Translations under genes and position numbers: made by a program
Source: Tubiluchus corallicola
Lineage: Eukaryota > Animalia > Priapulida
Length of the DNA: 64,000 nt
Direction of reading: 5' to 3'
NCBI GenBank assembly: GCA_030141605.1
Contig: JAQGDQ010000367.1
Coordinates: 124,001 to 188,000 of the forward strand
Shown here: piece by piece, positions 34,199-48,940 of the stretch
Layout of the letters: each line of letters begins with the position of its first letter
Numbering within the stretch: the stretch's first letter is position 1
The notes under the pieces: generated by a model
Database searches by the model: none
What the model was told of the DNA's origin: nothing
Seen by the model: the letters and a program-made list of their open reading frames with translations, nothing else

Positions 34199-36873
34199 GT
34201 TATGGCTTCCAGTTTATCTAAAATTGAATCGTTGTGTGTCTGCAACTAATTGGTTGATTCACTTTGAAAGAAAAATAGTCTTTTACAAATTAAATAATTT
34301 GCAACCAAAATTAAACCTTCAGGAAAACCTTCGTCTTTTTTCAGAATTTGTATTAGCGCAGTTTTAGAGTCTGTTTTAAAGCCTGTCATTTGATTTTTAA
34401 AAGAGTAAATAAATTAACTTGTAACACTTCCAATTGTATTGCATACGACGACAAGACTGAGCAATAAAACGAATTATGATTACATGATGCATAGATCTTG
34501 ATAATTTCGCGCGAAGTATAGTGGGAAACGTTTTACAGCCTTTTTACATAGATGGCGCCACCTTCCAGTTTTCTTGAATTGTGATAGTGTGTTAATGCCT
34601 CATGTTGTTAGAAAATTTTACCGGGAAACTGTACTTTTTCCTGCAGCTGTTGAAATTTCTTACACATTTCTTCAAATTCATGTCACCGAAACTTTTTCTG
34701 TGTTATCTCTTTTTAACTCTCTAGCTTTTCTAAAAAAATATTCCCTGGTTTTTATTTCTGTGACGATAGAGCGCTAGATGGCTATCGCTACTTACGCTAA
34801 GCTCACTGTTCATCGTCTTTTATTTACGCCAGATCTTTTATTTCGCTTTTATTTATTGGTAAAGTAGCCAGTTAAATATGCACTACTTTACAATTAACAT
34901 AATCACCTAAAAATGCATGTCACCCATGAATTTCATGACTATTATGCCAGATGTATTAGATTAGGCCTACTTACTATTTAAGCATGTAATGTCATTGCAA
35001 TATTACAATGTTTACTATTTCAATAAGTTCAGTGAAAGTGCGCGCAGGACGTCGCAAGTGAAAAAACTATTCCAACGCGATCAATTTTGTTAGGGTAAAC
35101 GGTCAACAGCAGCTACGAATTCTTGATCTGGTTTTGTGGCTTAACTGGTCTCTTCACACGGCACATCAACAGCATTACTAGCAATTGACTGTTCCCCTAC
35201 ATTGCCATAACCAAACAGCGGCAGTATACTCCCCCAAAGCTGACCCAAAATGCTCTGAAATAAACCATCCAAGGTACTCGATGGGATTGTACATAAAACT
35301 AAGGTATTAGCCATGCACATCTAGTTGCAAAACTAGTGGTACTTTTCATTGAATGACTGAATTGATGTCGAGCACACTAACACGTTGCGCTTCCCGGGGC
35401 AGAAACGACTGATTATTTATTCATTATAAATAATCATGGGCGGAGCAATAAGCGATTAAAAGCGACCAAGATTTCTGTTTTTACTTTAAAATTGATATAC
35501 AAATACACGTAATCACCAAGAAAAGCAACACAACGATATCTTTTTTTTTACAAAAGTCAATTTTGTCAGACGCAAGACTTTTTGGCCAGGTTACTTTGTC
35601 GGCAATACAGTGGCACAAAAAGTGATACGCGATCTAAAAGTTATGAATAACAAGGGGACACTTGTAGAGGACGTCCTGTACGTTTTACTACATATGCAGA
35701 TCAGCCAGTAAATTTCAAATAACTATACTGTCTTGACTTTCAGAGAATCGAAACTCGAATGTCCCATCATTTGTATAATGAGCAACGCATGCGCAAAACA
35801 GCAGCATGTTTTCCAATTTGACAAGAAAGTATTAGAACTATTCGTCCCATTAATTTTCCCGCATATTAAGCGATCGATGTTTTATACAATTATTACGCAC
35901 GGGGCGTATTTATTCTACGAGTGTCTGCAAGTTAGATGATGATAAGGCGAAACTTGGGCGAAGATTTCTGCTCTTAATTTAGTGATCCAGATGAATGCTG
36001 GGTAGCGATCATTTGTCCAGCAAAGAAAGTGATTTCTTAATAAAAGCAGGCCTTTACTGATCGTGCATCAAGGGCGCCACCCTGCCGTTGTCATCTCATT
36101 TGCGTGTTATCCAATATTAGTTTTTTGCGTGGTTTTGCGCAAATTCAATATTACAATGATTGTTGCAGTAGATTCTATTATAAATGGACCGTGCTACCCA
36201 TCACACACGTAGAAGATAAATAGCGCTGCCATAGCTAGATAAGATAAGATAATATACATTATGTTTGTCATGTACGTAGTATAAGCAAACAATACATAAG
36301 AACAAAGACAGAAGAAGAGTAGGCTTGTAAGTGATGCAGTTCCAAGCGTACTAGACGAAGCTGAAGTAACACACAGTGCACATTATATAAATTAGGATTT
36401 AACAGCTAACAATGTTGAGTCGTATGTCCGATGGCTTCTTCCATGCAAGTGTAAGAATAAGCCGCTTTGTGCGCTGGCGAAGCCACACGAAAGTAACAAT
36501 CGGAGCCTAGAATTCATTTATATTAGCTGCTCTCTGAGCCGTTTTGTGTCACGGCCAATAAATTTGGCTTCATGAGTCTGTGTAAACCTAAGAAAGCCAA
36601 TACAGCCAATGACAGTTGCGTTATTATTATTCAACCTATAAGATGTTTGTCTCGTCTTTATGTAACCATATTATGTGGAGTTCGTCCCTTTCTCTCATCT
36701 TAATTCGATTTTAGACAAGTATATCTTCCGATTTTCCCTTAATTAACAACAATAATAATAATAATATCTTTATTTAAAATCGGCATGTGAAAAACAATTA
36801 ACGTAAGCTCACAAGTTTTCCCGAATATAACAACTGTAAGTACATAACAGAGATTATTGTTACCCTACTTTTA

Positions 36874-36985
36874 CCCTAAATGCCACGCGCTAGGCAGCAG
36901 TTGCCATTTTTAAAGTATTTGGTATGACCTGGCCATGGTTTCGAACTCAGAGCTCCCAGACAGAAAGCAGACGGCTATAGCGTCT
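36874..36985 (-). mobile_element. tRNA-derived SINE, Meta-SINE-like core
   Basis: Minus strand GAGTTCGAAACC (B-box) followed by GGCCAGGTCATACCAAATACTTTAAAAATGG..CTGCC..GCATTTAGGG; superfamily assignment is from recall only. Confidence 0.65.
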
Positions 36986-38713
36986 GGTAGTGAATTTACG
37001 TGCTCCTCTCAACTGTGGAAAAATACACAAAAATTTCTTTCATATTGACTCTTCTTTGCTGCTTATGTGTATGCTGTTGGTATGTAGTTTACTATGTATT
37101 GTTTAGTAACAGTATATTTTATTGGCGAAATTGTAACTGTTTTGTAAACTAGTGTGCATGTATTCGAAGGCACTAATAAAATACGAAATATGGAAAATGC
37201 CCACACGTTACAAAAAATCGCAATAGATAGGCCCATGGATTATAGGTTTCACAGAACAAGTTATTGTTTCTCACTCTCGGGTACTGATTTTGTAAGCTTC
37301 ACTTTAAAATTTTACGCTTTAAAAAGTTAATTTGCCATTCGCGTTCTTGGCTATAACACTGAATTTATTTCGCATGTTTTGAAATTCAGCATCGAAAATG
37401 TCGCGAAAGGTAATCTTAATATAATCTTAACTTATAAATTTTCTTATGCCTTTCAGTCAAAGATTTAAATTTTTTTGTTTTAACTCCTAAATGTAAAAAG
37501 ATTTGTAATTTTAGATTTAAAGAGTTTTGTTACGTTTACTAAAAACTCTTGTAATCCGAAGGTTAAATTACATTACATTAATTAAGATACACCGAGGCTA
37601 AAATTACCAACAAATTACGTTACATTAAAACAACTTTACATAACATTAATTAAAATAGACTAAATTTTAAATTACATTACACTTAAATACGTTTGCAGGC
37701 TTTTTTGTGTATCTCTACTGAGAGCTAATTAGATTTGATAATCACTTAGAACATTTATTTTCAACTACATGTATAAGACATTTTACTAATGCATGGGCAC
37801 AACAGAAATATGCAATTTCGCTTTTTCATGAGACTGCTTATATGAATTGCGTTATATATGTGATAAACATAATAATTTGACTTAATCACAAACGCAAGTT
37901 TTAAGAGCATCACAATATTCACATTTAATAGTAGCACCATTGACAAGCAATCGTTATTTTAAATAGGCATACAATTTATGATGACAATAGTGAAAGTACA
38001 GATGTATTTGACTTGCTAAACACCTGCGCTGCGTGCAGACAGGTGCAATGAATCCGCGTATTTCCTCTACAAATCTTCGTATTTAACGTATTTAACCATG
38101 GTAACAGATTTGATCGGGCAGATTTTAAGAGACAGGGCGCTGAAGCCTCCCGGCAGCGCAGGCAACAGCTTCCCAATGTGGCTTTGCAGTCTGATCACGC
38201 TCCATTGGTCTGTCACAGCGCAGCAAGACGTCCTTAGCAACAAAATCGGCGAAAATGTGAGAAAGAAGTCGAAATTAACATTTTCGGTTCTGTGTGGCGA
38301 GAAGAGTTATGGAATACAGAATGCCGTGTTTAGTGAGAATTCGCAGTTAAAATGAGTGTACAGTCGATTGCTGAAAAAGTTTACTCGAGCAGTCTTGACG
38401 GAAAAGTAAGATCGTTAACCAGATGTAAGAGTTCGATATGAATTTTTCAGCTGGACGGAAAGGATTTGTGAACAAAAGTCAAGTTCGTATGGTGGTTCAG
38501 TTACTAGAAGCCTCGATAAATAGCTTTTCTTGAAAAAAGTCACTTCGCGTTTAATTTTTTCCATTTTTTCAAAACTCGTCACCTTTTTGATACTTGACGC
38601 CAATACATGGGTGCCAGATCTGCAAAATTCACAATTCCAGAATGTTGTCTTGCAAATGGTCAACTTTACATGTTGACTGTTGATCTTTATGTATACAGCT
38701 AAATACTGTGAAA

Positions 38714-39112
38714 ATGGTCAAACTAAACTTCTGCATAAAAACCACCTTTTCGCGTGGCTGCGTCATCTTGGTTTTTTTGCTCTTCACTTGGAGTGTAGAC
38801 ACAACACAACAGGAAAGTACAAGGTTTTTTCGAATAGGAATTTTAACTTCTGCTGATACGGCATCGCAGATGAACTTTAAAGCTCTTTCGTCCTCTGTGA
38901 AGAGATTGGGCAATCGTGGCCTGTCATTCGAAACTACATTTCTCAATATTAGTGATAATTTAGTTGAAAACATCGAAGCTACTTGCGCTTGGATAGCTAA
39001 TAGTAATATCATAGGGATAATATCAGAGACAAGTGCTTTTTGGGTACAAATGATTGTGGAGCATTACGGTATACCACTTATTGGCTTTGGCGCTCAGAAC
39101 TCAGCTTACCAG
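38714..39112 (+). CDS. First coding exon of an ionotropic glutamate receptor (NMDA-like) or other periplasmic-binding-fold (ATD) receptor
   Basis: Signal peptide, then FRIGIL..NISDNLVENIEATC..IIGIIS..YGIPLIG (start of LIVBP-like ATD); phase-0 donor CAG|gtatgc. No convincing next exon found by eye, so the rest of the window is probably intron. Confidence 0.75.
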
Positions 39113-41645
39113 GTATGCAAGTCATATATTTACTTATGTATATGTGTATAGGAAATGTGTCTTCTGGTGAACTTTTTTATGTAACACACATTTAAATAGC
39201 ATTTTTACGTGCAGAGTAGAGTTGTACTGGTTTCAGAGTCTGCACAAATTATAATAATTATCGAAAACCGGTAACTATGAACTTAGCTAATAGAAGCCGT
39301 GTGGTTATTCGTTTGATCTCACTTCGGTCCATTGAGCTTGATATTTAACAATGAAAATACATAATGAGACAAGAAGCAATGTGTACAGCCCATACTTTTT
39401 TGAATTTTCCGCGCTAAAAGTGCCTGTGTTTCTGGTACTTATCACCAAGTACGGAAGTTTATTAAAATGCAGTTTTACTCATAAAGACTGTTGTATGGTA
39501 GAAAGAAATTCATCTTTAGATACAGAAACTAAATATCCTTTATTGCGTACTGGAAGAAATCATACCGTAAGCTAAACTAAACATATCTTTTTCTTGAAAT
39601 TGACCTAGTTAGAGGCCTTCACTGCATTGAAGCTAATATGGATTTGAATTTCTCGACAAAGGCTGAATTTTGGAAGAACGGACCGAAAAAAACAGCAAGT
39701 CCTAGCAAGAAACATTACGTGTGGCCAAAATAGGCTAACCATTTTCTTTATTACAATTTAGTCATTAAAACTGCTGTCTGTTTCAGATAAACAGGCTGTT
39801 TAGCAGTGACCGTCGTTGTGGTTGTCCAGTGCTCATTACACCTCAGTATTTCGTTATTCGAACCATTAAACATTAATATGCGCAGCGGTATCCACTCACA
39901 TACTATAGTTTGCACGCTCTGTGATAAATCTATATGATATTGGGTAGTGAGAATGCGCTGCAGTCCGTGTATAATATGCAATATAATGTAATATTTAGCG
40001 CAATAAATAGATCATTTGTCGGAGAAACAAAACTGCTAAAATGCAAAACGTGTACGCGCAGTGCCTCTATTCCCAAAAGTCAGAGTCGACCATTAGCTAG
40101 ATATTTAGCAAAGTCAGCCATATGCCGCTACAAATTGTGTATAGCCACACGATTATGCCATTGTGCATAGTCATGAATATTAGCACAAAAGCAGCAGTAA
40201 TTATTAAATCTCAGCCTTTGGATAATGACAGTTAGTGTTCAGTGTGAGCTTGTTTCACAATCAACGTTGACCTGTGATGACGGAGAACCAAAATCTGCTG
40301 ATTTAAAATGTTTTTGGGTTCAGGGCCTCGTAGCAAATGTAATTATATAGCAGCTACGCACCATTTTATTGCTTATGTCTTGCTTAGTATATCGTGTTTA
40401 AAAGTAGATTTTACAAGTTAGTCTAAACGACCATTTTTATTGAAACTTTGTAGAAAAGAGTTATAGTACTATGCATAAATAGTGCGTGATAAACATGATC
40501 CAATTGTTTTGTCACAACGAACATTCACCCCTCCCCCAATTGGGGCCCTTGATACGAATATATGAATATCTTCTGACGCTGAAAAATTTTAAATTTTAAC
40601 AGTAAAGATTTCTTTTAGTTTACCCACATTCTGTCCCACATGGGGCCGATGTTGTTGTTGTGTAGCAGAGATAATTTTTGTGGTGGTGATCTACCATGTG
40701 ATCATAATTATGGAAAGGTGCATCAAAATATGATGCTAATGAAATGTATGGAAATCGACTTCACGATGAAGCTAAAGTGCTACAAAACACCCGAAACTTT
40801 GAGCAGACGGGAGCAGTTGTGGAATAACCACAGCAGCGCGCAACTGCTACAAGATAAATGTGAAATGCCCAAGGAAAAAGGAGAAACAAATAGGCCATAT
40901 TTAGAAGAAAGGCTGAAATAAGACCGAGGAAGAGAGACAGCTGAGAAATACGGCAGCAAAGACGAATATTAACGCTGTAACGCAGTGTCTAACAACACTA
41001 CTTTGTTAAACAAAATTATAACTTAATAACATTAAGTCGTCTACTTAATTATGATATTTTGCCAATTTTGTGAATCTGTCTGAATGAAAACGTAGGACAC
41101 TTTCCGCTTTGATATAAAATATGAATCAGTCCCCTGTGCAATTTCCCCTTACTACTTCAGTGATCTGATTGTATTTGGCTTTGTATTTTAATGGCTTAAC
41201 AAAGTTTTGTGCCGTGCAATATTTTCTGCTCTGACAGTGTATTCTCTTCGCGATTACAGCCGCTCGTGGCATGCAAACTGCTTCTCAATGAAGTTTCAGA
41301 CAACAAGAATGAAGCCATACCAGACACAATCAGACATGAAGCCATATTATACACAGTCAAACATATCGAGCTGCCTACGTCGTTTTTTACAGATAGGAAA
41401 GGCTTCTCTTAAGAAGCTCGTTTAAGAAAGCTCTCGAATTGACCTCCAATTGACATTTCGCAAGTATCTTGGCCTGTTCTATTAAGATTTTCGTTAGCAC
41501 GATAATATTATGCGCATTAATTGAGCTGGTGTTAATTTAATGCTTTATAATACCCGATTAGCCATAAAATTAAATATTGCTAAGCTGTACTTCGTTTAGA
41601 AAAAAGGGATGCTTAGTAAATCAAGTATTATATAAACAGTAAATT

Positions 41646-41878
<233 letters not shown>

Positions 41879-42013
41879 ACATATGCATACATTTTGTATA
41901 ATTTCTGTACATACGTACATATTAATAATAATAATATATATATATATATACAAATTATTATAAATATGTATGTACAATACTGTGCATCAGTCTCATACAT
42001 AGGATATTTTTAA

Positions 42014-42056
<43 letters not shown>

Positions 42057-42709
42057 CTGATGCACAGTACTGTACAGAAGCATATTCTCTCAAAACCACT
42101 TTTTGTTACTTTTGCCACAGCTAGTTTCAAATATTTATTATAATCATCAGGTGGATTAATGAGATTCTGAGCAAGCTTATTTCCAGCCATGTACAAAAGG
42201 TATTAGATCTATAAATAGGGGTGGCTGACTTAGTTGACCGTATGGTCTTTTGCCACTCTTTCTGCATACAATCAAGCTTTCTTTTTAACACCAAGTTAGG
42301 CTACTAACAAGTACTTATTAGTTTGTAAATTGTCAAAATTATTATAATATCTATCATGCATTGTAAAAATTAAAGGAGATAAATAAACAATCTTAATATT
42401 ATTTATGCATGATCTCCATGATTACGATGAATACAATTAAAATGTCTTCACATAGCATTTATTTTATTTGGCACAAACCAGTAGATCTAACCAGTTAGTA
42501 CAGTAATCTACTGGCCTGCAGCCAATTAAAATAAATGCTGAGTAAACACATACACGTAAAAAGTATTTTTAAGCATATGTGTGAACTTTATGCGCAATAT
42601 TACGTAAAGTCTTTAACTCACTGAAACAAATAAACTGGTTTGCTTATTTACTTGCTTGATTAGTTACTTGCTTGTTTGCGTGCGTCTTACTTATTTACTT
42701 ACTTTTTTC

Positions 42710-42718
42710 TTACTTACG

Positions 42719-42750
<32 letters not shown>

Positions 42751-42751
42751 G

Positions 42752-42834
<83 letters not shown>

Positions 42835-42886
42835 GACTGACTGACTGACTGACTGACTGACTGACTTACTTACTTACTTACTTACT
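42710..42886. repeat. (ACTT)n/(ACTG)n microsatellite
   Basis: Directly visible. Confidence 0.97.
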
Positions 42887-44786
42887 TGTTTGCTTGCTTT
42901 CTTACCCATAAATTCAGAACAAATGGAGCCCAAGATGTGCTCTGCCAATTGGTAATTACGTTTGTGTGAGGTAGGTCCGAACAATAATCGGTGAATGCGT
43001 TTCTTCGAGGTGTGTTGCAATTTTGTGATAAAAAGTAAAATTTTAACTGTCTTAAACGTGCACAGACTTCTCGAGAATGCCATCAAATACAGGAAACATA
43101 GCATTGGCTATTGAGAAGCAGGAGAGGCTACCCGTACTTTGGGGTGGCTGAATAATTAAATCTGATGAGATTCTTCCTATAGGCGAGTTTTTTTTCACTG
43201 TAACAAATAGCTCATCTGCGTTTCATACCTCATGGCTGACGATTTCAGAACAAAACGAATGTTTAATGCATTTGATTTGAGATTGGTGAAGGAACTGAAG
43301 ACTATTTGTAAAGAATCTAACAAAAAATTAGAAGTGGTTACAATCTATGTAGGCAAAATAGTTGAACTTTGTAGATCTCAGTGAGCACTTCATTACAACG
43401 TGTCTTTCTTTCTTATATCTTTTTGAGTTAAATCCCAAGGAAGTGACATTCGAATGATGATAAGAATGACTGACACAAACACTATACATCAGCTTTCAAA
43501 CTGATAATAATTGATGATCAGACTCTAATCCAATGTGACTTATCAAGACGGGCGGAATCTCTGAAATTCTATAGTAAATTGAGCTATCGCTAATATCAAC
43601 CAACAATGTTCACTTCAGCAAACTCCAGAATAGTTCTCGCAGGTAGAAAGACAGACCGTTGTTGAGACTTGACTCAAATTTTGGACTTTATTAAATTGAA
43701 TATGACTTTGCAAAAGTTCAACTTCAACAGCTTTTGAACTTTCCCTACTCGGGTAAATTTGCTTTAAAAAAGTTCCAATTGAGTAAGCAAATTTTTCCAT
43801 ATGCATTTTAAACAAGTATAATTTGAAGCATGTCTAACTGAAGAATTGATACATTCCTACCAACATCAAATTCGAATAGTTTGCAAGAAAAATTGTGCTC
43901 TCTAGAATATTGTGTTGTATAAAAATATTAAAGTTAAACACGAGGCCAGACAAAGCCTGTGCCGTGTTTGAGAATTATAGTTTTTAAAATGTTCATTACG
44001 TTTTTCTTGATAAAGCCGACAAACGTCGCGCATTAATTATGATTAAACATTGAATTATTCATCATAGTTTCTCATGAAGTTCCGACGAAATTTCGGATGA
44101 TAATTCCTAATTAAAAATATCCCGTCTCATGATTTTTGTATTTATTGTTCGCCGCATTTGTGCCGTCTCACGATATTTCTGGCTTTATGTTACGTGATTT
44201 CAATAATAGGGCAGAAATACAGCTCAGTCGATGAAGTTATGCAAGACTGATAAGAAGGCGGGATTTATAAAGAGGTCATTTCCTAGATAATTGCAACTTA
44301 TTTGGATTAAAAAAACAACGTCCGCCTACAGAGCCGTCCATCCAAATATTGATCAAGTCTGACAACGCTTAGTTTCCAGTCGAATCCCAGGCTCAACCTT
44401 TAATTTCATAGTACTTGTTTAGGTTTTAAGATGCGGGTGACATAAGCTTTAATGACGTTTAAAATACAAACAAACTTTCGAAAATAAAACGAAAACTGAA
44501 ATTCGTGTTTCTTTCTGCGTGATTAAGCTGATGACTCACTTTTTCGCTTCTACTAATAAAATAATAAATATGTTTTTATAGCTGTGTTCGCTATGCATAG
44601 TATCACCTGAACTCATAGAATGCAATAATTGGGTTTAAATTTTCATTGTCTGTAAAATTTTCAGTGAATATTGTAACATACTTTTTAAACTCTCTGCGCT
44701 ACTCCATTAACAAACAGTATTAATATCATATAGAATTAATTAGTATCATGTAAACAGTAAAACCAACTAAATAAATAAGTACGTGC

Positions 44787-45024
<238 letters not shown>

Positions 45025-46056
45025 CACAATAATTATTGAATGAGAGATAACTGACACTCGTATATCCACAACAGTCATAAAAGTAGAAGAATCTTTTCGT
45101 ATGTTAAAATCATCAAGATTTCCCCATGCCTCCTACAGAGCTTGTTTTGGTTCGTAACCCATTTCTCGTTAGATGAAACTCGGTCTTTTAGTACTGCGTT
45201 CACCCATAAAACAACTGTTTATTACCAACGCACCACATGAATTGGTTGCTTATGTCTTCTCCGCGTAATCCTAAAGCAAAAACTATTAATCTTACTCCTC
45301 TTTAGGTCTCTCTGACAGTGCAAATTTCCCAAGCGCAGTAAAAATTGGCGACTGCAGCCGACAGGAGATGAATTTTGCTATAAATCAATTGAAAGACTGA
45401 GATGATTTGTATTTTCTTCCTCTTATCACAAAATAAAGAGACGTACCAGATCTGTGAAAAGTAGTGAACATATCGAGTGTATAATGTGGATATTTTCTGC
45501 AGGCCCTGAATGTTACTGATTGCAATCAATCAATCAACGAATTTATTTAACTATTTAATACTTTACAATTGAAAATATAACATCAATCAAATGTAAAATC
45601 AATATAAAATCATCAAGCATTACGAATGTTCGTATAATTCTTCTGCATACTGGAATTTGAATGTAAAGAGGAGAATGGCTTTCTCCTTACATCTTTCAGT
45701 CTCCTACCATCTAACTACTTAAAGTATGACACATACTTGAATCTTTATCAAAATAATATTATCTATAGTCTGCAATATAGACTATGAAAATATTCTGCAC
45801 ACAAAGAAAGAAAACAATGATATTATAAAAATACGATAGTTTAGCACCTTTAACCACATATTGGTAATCATTTACTCATCCGGGATTTAAAATGGGACAA
45901 GCTTTGACACTCTTTGACAATGAACTACACACCACTCTACATGCAAAATCATTGTCCAAAACGTTTGAATAAAAATGATATAAATTCAGCAATTTCGTTT
46001 ACAGAAAAATACAAACAATAAGTTAACTGCTATGCAAGAAGAGGAGCAGAGTGATC

Positions 46057-46122
46057 ACACCGGTGCTTAGCGACCATAGTTAAGCAACGATGATCTGGTT
46101 AGTCAGTGGTTAGGTGGTCGTC
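46057..46122 (+). pseudogene. Decayed 5S rRNA-derived fragment (pseudogene or SINE3 head)
   Basis: ACACCGG..AGTTAAGCAACG..CTGGTTAGT..TGG..GGTG resembles the internal control region of invertebrate 5S rRNA. Confidence 0.6.
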
Positions 46123-48940
46123 AAGAGACTTAGATTGTTTGATCTGTTCTACTGCCTCCTGCTAGTTCTTGCAATTCAGGATGAATATTCCATCCGCTAA
46201 AGCGCTTCTGCGTTATTTAGGAGCTTAAAGTAATGAGAGTGATCTGTGTTCAGGTCTCCCACAACAAAAAACATAAGTATGCTCTGCCAGCGAGCGGTGC
46301 AGTATACTTAAACAGCCTGATCGCATAAAAAATGCTGTTTCAAACATTTATTCAAACAAAAATTCAGCAGTATAACAAAGAAACGTACAATGGTGATTCT
46401 ACACTTCTGGATCAAAACCATTGTCAGTTGCACCAAAATGATCTTTTACCACATTTGTACTACCTATGTGCCGAGTTTGACTCGGTTGGTCTCAATGGCC
46501 TTAGATAATAGTCAACATCCTATATACCCTGCCGATCTTGTATGTCAATATAATTGACATAGATGTCAAGGCATAGAGTGTCAAAGCGAGTTTCCCTCCG
46601 CAAAGCTGCTCCCCAGTTCCATATCCCATGCCCCATCTTTGACTGTTTTGACTATCCGTTTCTTGAAAGTACAATTGCATGGAAAACGTAGGCGAATACA
46701 CGCACAGAAGTTGCCTCTGCAAATCCCCACCACCACTTCGTTTGAGTGAGGATAAAAACAAACTGACACATGCTACCCTGAACAACATAATCGAAACCTA
46801 CGACTTTCCTTACTGTTTTTTTGCAGAGAAAGTTTTGCACCAATATCTGCGTCCTTATTAACTTACCCTCTTTTAAGGTCTCTTGGGGGAGCCAATGATC
46901 GTTGTGCTTCTATTCTCCGAATGCAAACACGGAGATTGAAATTGGTAACAGGTGCATGACAAAAGCAATGATGAATCTACAATATAAAGAGCGAACGAAA
47001 GGCGTTATCGATTTTTTGTAAAGCACTTTTTATATGTCTCATCGCCGGCTGGAAGAAATCCATTTGAATTTGCAGTGAATATGCAAACTATACATGTATA
47101 TGTTGCACAATCTCACAGGCACGAAAAATAACATCCTTGATTATTATATTAATATTCTTGATTAAATAAATTCTGTCGTATGCTATTATTAGTAACCTGA
47201 AACCGTATATGACTGTCTGAATAAGTTTTTCTTTGAAGCAAACCATGTATAAACAGACGATGCAAAGGTCACAATACTGCAAGGTCGGCCAAATGCGCAT
47301 TTCAGTTTATTTCCTGATACTGGTGTAGTTGACAAGTTTTCATCTCAGTTCTGTCTCCAGAGTTTCTACAAGATACCAAAAGCTTAACATTCCGAAGGGA
47401 GACAATACTTAACTTGTATTGTCCTGTACTTAACTTAATTTCAACCTTTGCATGTAAACCGACACAGTATTAACAATCTGCTGCTTATGTGAAACCAAAA
47501 GAATTCTCAAATGGCTTCTCAAAAAGTTAATTTTCATAGCTGCATTTGTTTGAGCTCGAGTTTCACTCGCCACCTTTATTTAGTTGTTTTTTTCATTTCC
47601 CTTTCATTCTTTCCCAAACCTAACCCGCCCCCTCTCTCTCTCCCTTTCCCTCCTCTTTATTTTTCTATTCGTTTCTGCACCTCCCTCTTTTCGTTTCCAT
47701 CCCTCCCTCTTTGTTTGCCTCTATCTGTCATTGTCCTTGTCTAATACCACTTCCTTGTACATTGGTATTGAGGAGCAAATTGCTTGCAAACAGGAAAATT
47801 GTTGTCTAAATTTCCAGCTCTTCGTCAATAGACTGGGCTTCTTGAATGTACCCTGCTCACGTCCCACATAATTACAGATTCGTTGCAGTCTTTATATAGT
47901 ATAATGTTTGTTCAGGAAAGTCGTTGATGTCTGCTATTGCTATGAAGCCGCTTTTAATGCAATCTGTGCCTGAATCCGCCCAATCAAACGCTTGAATAGG
48001 AAGCCCTGTAATGTTATAGATCAGGCTTATATAGAGTCGTCAATGAACGCACCATGTGGGTTTGTCACAATCACAATGTTGATACAGATCATACTGCACC
48101 TGTCATCTAGTATTGGTATAAACCGTTATTAGTGAATTGCAACCATTATGAAATGTCAAAGGAAGGTTAATAATTTAAGGCAGTTTATACAGTGAGCATG
48201 TGCATACGTTAGTTTTCCTGCATATCCTTTTCTCTCTTATAAGCTTAATATTATGCTCCCATGTTACTGTTAACTGTATTCAGCAGCAGTTTGCTAAATT
48301 TTGATGTGGCTTCTACTGCCTTGTGTTAAAGTTCTACCAATAATATAATTTTGCTAATTATACGTCAGTTAATATTGATAGGCTAGACATTAGTGTCAAT
48401 GTTACTACTTATGATAATACCTTAGTGTTAGTAAACCTTTTCACAGTTCCAGTGATTGACGATGATCGTGAAAAGGTCAGAGGTTAAGTGTGCCAGACAG
48501 CGCATTTGTGTACATTTGCCAACGCCTCGCAGCCCATGCTATTGTAATAGTAACAATTTTTAAAACAGCTAGCTAGAACCTTATCTAGTTCATTTTTTCT
48601 TGTTCCCAAGCAAGATCATCCTAGTAAATCACTCTACGCATGACTAATGCATAATTAAGTAAAGTCTACGTAAAACAACTGAAGTTAATGAACTAATGCG
48701 GCAGACATCTTTGCTTTACCCACATGTCACGTGGCGGTTGCGTAGTTAAGACGGGTTGCTGTGGTACACTTAATCTTCGACCAACAGCAACTTCGCGTGA
48801 GCATAGCAAAACTGTGAAAAGGCTTAGTGTAGTCGTGAGAAAAGCTTATTTCAATGATGAAATACGCATTGTTGCGATAATTTCATTCTTGCGATGTCTA
48901 CCCAACAAAACGAAACCACTAGTAGTATTGGTTTATTATT

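Noticed and set aside
38446-38464. RE1/NRSE-like site upstream of the iGluR exon
   Set aside because: Only a partial match, and REST is essentially chordate-restricted.
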